NCBI GenBank assembly: GCA_964349845.1
Contig: CAYGHQ010000002.1
Location: 1-38,601, forward strand
Origin: an uncultured Candidatus Saccharibacteria bacterium
GTDB taxonomy: Bacteria > Patescibacteriota > Minisyncoccia > Phycocordibacterales > CAYGHQ01
DNA: 38,601 bases
Direction of reading: 5' to 3'
The notes below the pieces were generated by a model. That model searched no databases, was not told the DNA's origin, and was given only the letters and a program-made list of their open reading frames with translations. The position numbers and the translations under genes are program-made. Shown one piece after another: positions 34,298-38,601 of the stretch. The stretch's first letter is position 1; each line of letters opens with the position of its first letter.

Positions 34298-35590
34298 TTA
34301 CTTTAGCAAGTCGTCAAAATCGCATCTAATCAGGTCTTCTTTTCGTAGAACAATTTGTTCCTTCGGATTCAGGTTATGAGCAGATACACGAATAAGTTTT
34401 GTCGTCAGTGTATCGCCAACAATTTCGTAATTAACTTTTTTCAAGTAGGCCTCAATTTTTTCATAGAATAAAGAAGCGTATTCTTTCTGTTTTTTTTCTG
34501 ATGTTGGACGACTGCTAGAACCATTTACTGAAAACTCTATGCTGTCACTCACTACATTGTTGATTGGAAACGAAACCTCAATATCTTTGAAAAGAAACCA
34601 GAGCTCGCTTAAGTTGTATATGATACGCACACTATCGCCCTCTTTCGTGTCATACTCAAAAATGAAGGAGAACACATCAGTCCGAAGGTCTTCAAACACA
34701 CGCACTCTTTCATATTTTGATATGGTTCTGATTTTATACTTATCGCGCAACTGAAAAAAAGTGTCGCGCCAATTCGCAAGCCAATTAGTTATGTAACGCG
34801 AGTCAAGAAAGAGCGGCGAGAGATCATTTTTTAGATTTTCTTCGCTTACATTGTTCATTTTTATCGCAAGTTTTGTGAATAGTGTCCGATAATCTTTTGC
34901 TTCTTCCACATTTTTCGCCCTAAGATAATCAAGGTCTGGCACAATCTTTTTATTCATATACCAAAGCAAATCGTAGATATCTCGCCCCTTCTCCTCGTAT
35001 ACCGCCTTACCTATGCCACGCTTACCACGCAAGAAGATAGCGGCTATTTTACTCGCCATAAGAGAAGATAGATTGTATGTCCGTATGGCAAAAGACATCT
35101 GCCCATGGTTTTTCGTTATGCGTTCAGTTACGATGCCAGTCGAAGCAGGAAAGTAATTGATATCAATTTTAATGTCTATCCATTCGGATCGAAATCCAGG
35201 AATCAAGTTTCCGACATTGAATTTGAGTTTTATGCCTCTATTATTAGTAATAGTAATTTTTAGAAATTTGGAGTCAATGCTATATACTTTTGAAAAGTGT
35301 TTTTCTGCTTCTTCTTTTAATTCGCCCAAAAAATCATTATCAAATTTATGATTCAACTCAAAATCCAAATCAACGGACATACGGTCAAGGTCGTAGCAAA
35401 TACGAAGCGCCGAACCGCCATACATTATCCATTTACTGTATTCTGGGTGATGATAAATGAAATCAAGAACATAAAACTGTAGCTCTTCCTTAAGAGTATT
35501 GAGTCGTATCTCAGGGTCGGTAATACTAATACCATAAACCGAAAGACCATCAATTCTGCTTTTTAAAACTGTTAGTATCTGCTCACTCAT
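34298..35590 (-). CDS. abiEii: AbiEii/AbiGii-family nucleotidyltransferase toxin with a long C-terminal extension
   Basis: NTase motif YGGSALRICYDLDRMSVDLDF. 430 aa, compared with roughly 250-300 aa typical for the family (from memory). Confidence 0.85.
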   Translation of the reverse strand: MSEQILTVLKSRIDGLSVYGISITDPEIRLNTLKEELQFYVLDFIYHHPEYSKWIMYGGSALRICYDLDRMSVDLDFELNHKFDNDFLGELKEEAEKHFSKVYSIDSKFLKITITNNRGIKLKFNVGNLIPGFRSEWIDIKIDINYFPASTGIVTERITKNHGQMSFAIRTYNLSSLMASKIAAIFLRGKRGIGKAVYEEKGRDIYDLLWYMNKKIVPDLDYLRAKNVEEAKDYRTLFTKLAIKMNNVSEENLKNDLSPLFLDSRYITNWLANWRDTFFQLRDKYKIRTISKYERVRVFEDLRTDVFSFIFEYDTKEGDSVRIIYNLSELWFLFKDIEVSFPINNVVSDSIEFSVNGSSSRPTSEKKQKEYASLFYEKIEAYLKKVNYEIVGDTLTTKLIRVSAHNLNPKEQIVLRKEDLIRCDFDDLLK

Positions 35591-36200
35591 AGAGATATGT
35601 TTTTATTTTTTCATAAAATTTGTTTCGCTCCAATTCGTCCATTTCCTCAATGTCTATTCGCAATTCCTCTACTATTTTTTTGATATCGTTAAACTTAATG
35701 CCACGAAACTGATGGGTTCTAAAATACAATAAATCAAACAACGCTTTTGACGGAGAAGCGACAAAAAAATCAAATTTTCCCTTCACAAGCAAATGATCGG
35801 AAAAAAGCTCTTTTTTGATTGACTGGTATGAGAACATTCCGGCCTTTGTTTCGTAACTTCTTGTTACTTTTGGTGTAATTGAAGTAATGGAATGTATAGC
35901 TTCTGTGACGAGATTGTAATACTGGAGCGCAGTCCATGAGCTTACATACGATGGCGTGCGAATAATATTTGCAAGGTAAAAAGAATACGAGATGTCACTC
36001 TTATTTTTTGCGAAAAAATCGGCTGATACATACAGCCCTCTTCTAAGTGGCAAAATGTCCCGATGCTTCAAAAAACGGCTAATATAAGTATCAACCGTGC
36101 TGTTTTTTAACCCCAACTGACCACCAAGCTGATGTATAGTATTTTTACTAAAATGGGGTAAATTATTAAGCTGTTCCAACAGATTTTTTTTACTTTTCAT
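35583..36200 (-). CDS. abiEi: AbiEi-family antitoxin / transcriptional regulator
   Basis: N-terminal wHTH STVDTYISRFLKHRDILPLRRGLYV. ATGAGTGA 8-nt overlap with abiEii. Confidence 0.85.
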   Translation of the reverse strand: MKSKKNLLEQLNNLPHFSKNTIHQLGGQLGLKNSTVDTYISRFLKHRDILPLRRGLYVSADFFAKNKSDISYSFYLANIIRTPSYVSSWTALQYYNLVTEAIHSITSITPKVTRSYETKAGMFSYQSIKKELFSDHLLVKGKFDFFVASPSKALFDLLYFRTHQFRGIKFNDIKKIVEELRIDIEEMDELERNKFYEKIKTYLYE

Positions 36201-36430
36201 AATTATGACAATAGTGTATCATATGTGAAATAGGCAGTCAAAGAGCTTAATGCCTGCCCGCTTCTTTGTTGGTTTTCATTCAAAAAATCCTGTCCCTCGT
36301 CGCGGACTCCTCGGGAGAAATGGAGTCAGTCCTATAGTTTTTTTGCGTTCTAATTTGATTTTGAAATTATACTGCACTTTTTAAGAATGATGGTGGCTAA
36401 CCCCATTTTTCCTCAATTTTTCCTTCGTAA

Positions 36431-36787
36431 TTATTTGATACCAATACTAGCCGTAATATCGTCAAAAGACTTTTTTACAGAACTGACGACTTGATAAATT
36501 TCCATTGGAGCCATTAAAACTCCTGCCTGTGTAGATGTGGAGCTTGTTTGGTATAGATAAATTATTGCCTTAAGAAAATTAACATAATTTCTATTGATCA
36601 TGTATTTGCGTTTGTTGTAAGATGCAAAATGATTGATAAGTTGTGTCCATTTTCTATCAACGACTAACCTATCAGATGCTACTCCAGAACATGGACCTTC
36701 TAAATCATTACTCAAATACTTTATTACAATCGGACGAAGTTTTTCAATTTTTGACTCAATTATTTTATTGAGAATTTTGTATATCAT
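36431..36787 (-). CDS. Hypothetical protein (118 aa)
   Basis: AT-rich ORF between tRNA-Gln and abiEi. No motif recognised. Confidence 0.5.
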   Translation of the reverse strand: MIYKILNKIIESKIEKLRPIVIKYLSNDLEGPCSGVASDRLVVDRKWTQLINHFASYNKRKYMINRNYVNFLKAIIYLYQTSSTSTQAGVLMAPMEIYQVVSSVKKSFDDITASIGIK

Positions 36788-36966
36788 GATTTATTTTATA
36801 CTCCTTGGTCTCGGAATTTTCTTCCCCTACGAATATTTGCCCCGTAAAATGAAATAAGAATTTCATCACGGGGCTCACGTAAAATTTATAGGTATGCACT
36901 TACACCACCGAACATTTTAGCTCGAGGCTTGCCACGTGATGAGCGAGTCTTCGAGCGAATTTTACG

Positions 36967-37040
36967 TGGCTGCGGGGGAAGGAGTCGGACCTTCATACCA
37001 GGATTCAAAGTCCTGTGTCCTACCGTTAGACGACCCCGCA
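36967..37040 (-). tRNA. tRNA-Gln: tRNA-Gln (anticodon UUG), CCA encoded
   Basis: Minus strand: tgcgggg tc gtct aacggta ggac a cagga cTTTGaa tcctg gtat gaagg tccgact ccttc ccccgca g cca. The acceptor stem has 7 bp with U1-A72 and G73, as in bacterial tRNA-Gln. U8, a 4-bp D stem, a 5-bp anticodon stem and a 5-bp T stem are present. Total length is 74 nt. Confidence 0.9.
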
Positions 37041-37113
37041 ATATAGCAAAATCATACTTGAAAAAGGAGGAGTTTTCAAGTAGAAAGAGAAAAGAGGGGT
37101 CAAGCAGAGAAGA

Positions 37114-37218
37114 ACACCTCCCCCTCCAACTCCCCCTCGACTGAGGGGGAGAGGAAACAAGAAAAATCCTCCGGCTCCAAGGCCAGCCACCTCCTTTAAA
37201 AAAGGAGGAATCAAAACC
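37114..37218. repeat. Family-C unit followed by a family-D unit
   Basis: cacctccccctccaactccccctcgactgagggggagaggaaac, then aaaatcctccggctccaaggccagccacctcctttaaaaaaggagga. Confidence 0.8.
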
Positions 37219-37237
37219 AAAAGAATACTTAAATTTT

Positions 37238-38272
37238 TTAAGAAGAAGAGGTGAGTTTTATGACGGCAAGCTCAAGGGGAAGCTCGGGGAGGTAGGCGCG
37301 AGAAATTTCCGCGTCGGCTTCAAGAAGAGCGACTAAAACGGACGAGTTTATTTTGGACTCTTTTTTCCTGGCGATTTCTTTGAGAAAAGCAAAGTCCGTT
37401 TCGGAGAGATCGTCTTTGATTTTCTTTTCCATATCGGGAGCGTAGCGGAGAAGTAAAATCATCCGGATTTTCTGGAGAATGAGCTTCAAATAAACCGAAA
37501 TATCCACGTTTATTTTTTTCGCCTCCTCAATTGCCAAAAGCCCGTCGCTCGCGTCTCCCGCCTCAATGGCGGAAATAAAGTCATTAACTAACTCGCTTCG
37601 CGGAGCGCCTGTCGCCCGCAAAACTTCTTCCGGAGAAATTTTCTTGTCGCTTGAAGCGCTAATCACTTTCTGGAGAATTCCTTCGGCGTCGCGGAAAGAG
37701 CCTTCGCTTAAAATGGCGATAAGCTCGGCGGAAGAAGGTTCAAGAGCGAAGCCCTCTTTTTTGGCGATAGAAATGATGAGATTTTTTAAAATTTCCTGGC
37801 TGGGTTTCTTGAAGCTGAAGATCTGGCACCTGGAAACTACTGTCTCCGGAATTTTGTCCATCTCGGTGGTCGCCATAATGAAAATGGCGTGCGCCGGCGG
37901 CTCTTCCAAGGTTTTAAGAAAAGCGTTCCAAGCGTCTTTGGTGAGCATATGGACTTCATCCACGATATATATTTTGTATTTGGAATTGAACGGGAGAGAA
38001 TTGACGGACTCGCGGATGGCGCGGATATCGTCTATCCCGCGATTTGAGGCGGCGTCTATTTCGTAAATGTCATTATCGGAAGAACCGAGGGATTTGGCGA
38101 AAATCCTGGCCACGGAAGTTTTGCCTGTCCCGCGCGATCCGGCAAAAATGTAGGCGTGGGAAACTTTCTCAAGCTTGATGGAGCCTTCCAAGATATCGGT
38201 AACATGCTCCTGTCCCAAGACTGATTTCCAGTCCCGCGGACGATATTTGCGATAAAGAGCGGTTTCAGACAT
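37238..38272 (-). CDS. dnaX: DNA polymerase III subunit gamma/tau (short form)
   Basis: YRPRDWKSVLGQEHV, Walker A GSRGTGKTS, DEVHML, VSRCQ. Confidence 0.93.
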   Translation of the reverse strand: MSETALYRKYRPRDWKSVLGQEHVTDILEGSIKLEKVSHAYIFAGSRGTGKTSVARIFAKSLGSSDNDIYEIDAASNRGIDDIRAIRESVNSLPFNSKYKIYIVDEVHMLTKDAWNAFLKTLEEPPAHAIFIMATTEMDKIPETVVSRCQIFSFKKPSQEILKNLIISIAKKEGFALEPSSAELIAILSEGSFRDAEGILQKVISASSDKKISPEEVLRATGAPRSELVNDFISAIEAGDASDGLLAIEEAKKINVDISVYLKLILQKIRMILLLRYAPDMEKKIKDDLSETDFAFLKEIARKKESKINSSVLVALLEADAEISRAYLPELPLELAVIKLTSSS

Positions 38273-38303
38273 ATCCTTAAAATTTCTAATTGACCTAATT
38301 AAC

Positions 38304-38337
38304 CCCCGCCCGAAACGTACCGTTTCGGTACGGGCGG
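38304..38337. repeat. Second copy of the cccgcccg..gtac..cgggcggg hairpin
   Basis: cccgcccgaaacgtaccgtttcggtacgggcggg, compared with 12556-12590. Both are followed by gta(g)a(a)atttc. Confidence 0.8.
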
Positions 38338-38601
38338 GTAATTTCTAATAAAATTAAAAAATCAGCAAATATAAAAATTATAAACCTACACCCGTAATTA
38401 TAGAGGAAAAAGGGATTTAAGAAAAGAAAATGGCCGTTGCGATTGGAATCGCAACGGCCAAACTTCATTCATCTCTGAAACCACAGAAAGATGATGAAGC
38501 AGTTGCCAAGCTTTAATAGCTTAGCATATGACCGATAATTTAGCAAATAATGCACTGGGTTAGTATACACTTGACACTAGATTGAAGCTTGAAAACAATG
38601 A

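Noticed and set aside
33460-36966. Complete integrative element with att sites at tRNA-Gln
   Set aside because: There is no integrase gene, and I found no direct repeat of the tRNA 3' segment at the far end of the AT-rich region. Only the 11-bp inverted repeat cacgtaaaatt/aattttacgtg lies next to the tRNA. It is reported as an islet, not as a defined mobile element.
36929-37144. 71-aa ORF on the plus strand
   Set aside because: It overlaps a well-formed tRNA-Gln on the opposite strand and continues into family-C repeat DNA. It also has a TTG start.
1-38601. HIP1-like global over-representation of CGATCG
   Set aside because: I count about 11-12 occurrences. The rough expectation is about 7-8 for this length at mid-40s percent GC, based on a hand estimate. 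This is not clearly significant. Only the concentration at palindrome centres is reported.

Overview
This is a gene-dense bacterial chromosomal segment with about 38 protein genes and 1 tRNA. The standard genetic code fits, and most genes are on the minus strand. Recognisable genes: a UvrD-type helicase fused to a Cas4/AddB-like nuclease, Mpg glycosylase, DnaB, RecR, an ABC exporter, an FKBP PPIase, a KH protein, an ECF sigma with a DUF5667-like partner, S16, an MsrA-MsrB fusion, a large surface protein, a DUF3999/DUF2339 pair, a PIF1/RecD-like helicase, AbiEi/AbiEii, tRNA-Gln(UUG) and DnaX. Gene content and style suggest a small-genome Patescibacteria/CPR-like organism, but that is inference only. 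The most unusual property is the non-coding DNA. Almost every intergenic gap is a long perfect palindrome or a nested hairpin element. At least four dispersed repeat families occur. Copies are nested inside each other, two copies lie in frame inside CDSs, and same-family copies bracket several gene modules. The best candidate for a new system is at 17.84-19.20 kb. There a near-consensus promoter drives five 87-105-nt units, each ending in a covarying AGC...GCT hairpin. These are followed by a terminator, a 180-aa orphan ORF with a strong SD, and a sixth unit with its own terminator. This layout resembles type III toxin-antitoxin loci, but the repeats are conserved in structure rather than identical in sequence. 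The second candidate is an AT-rich five-gene islet built on AbiE that abuts the 3' end of tRNA-Gln. Repeat coordinates were read by eye and are good to a few nt. No database search or folding program was available, so family names come from motif recognition.
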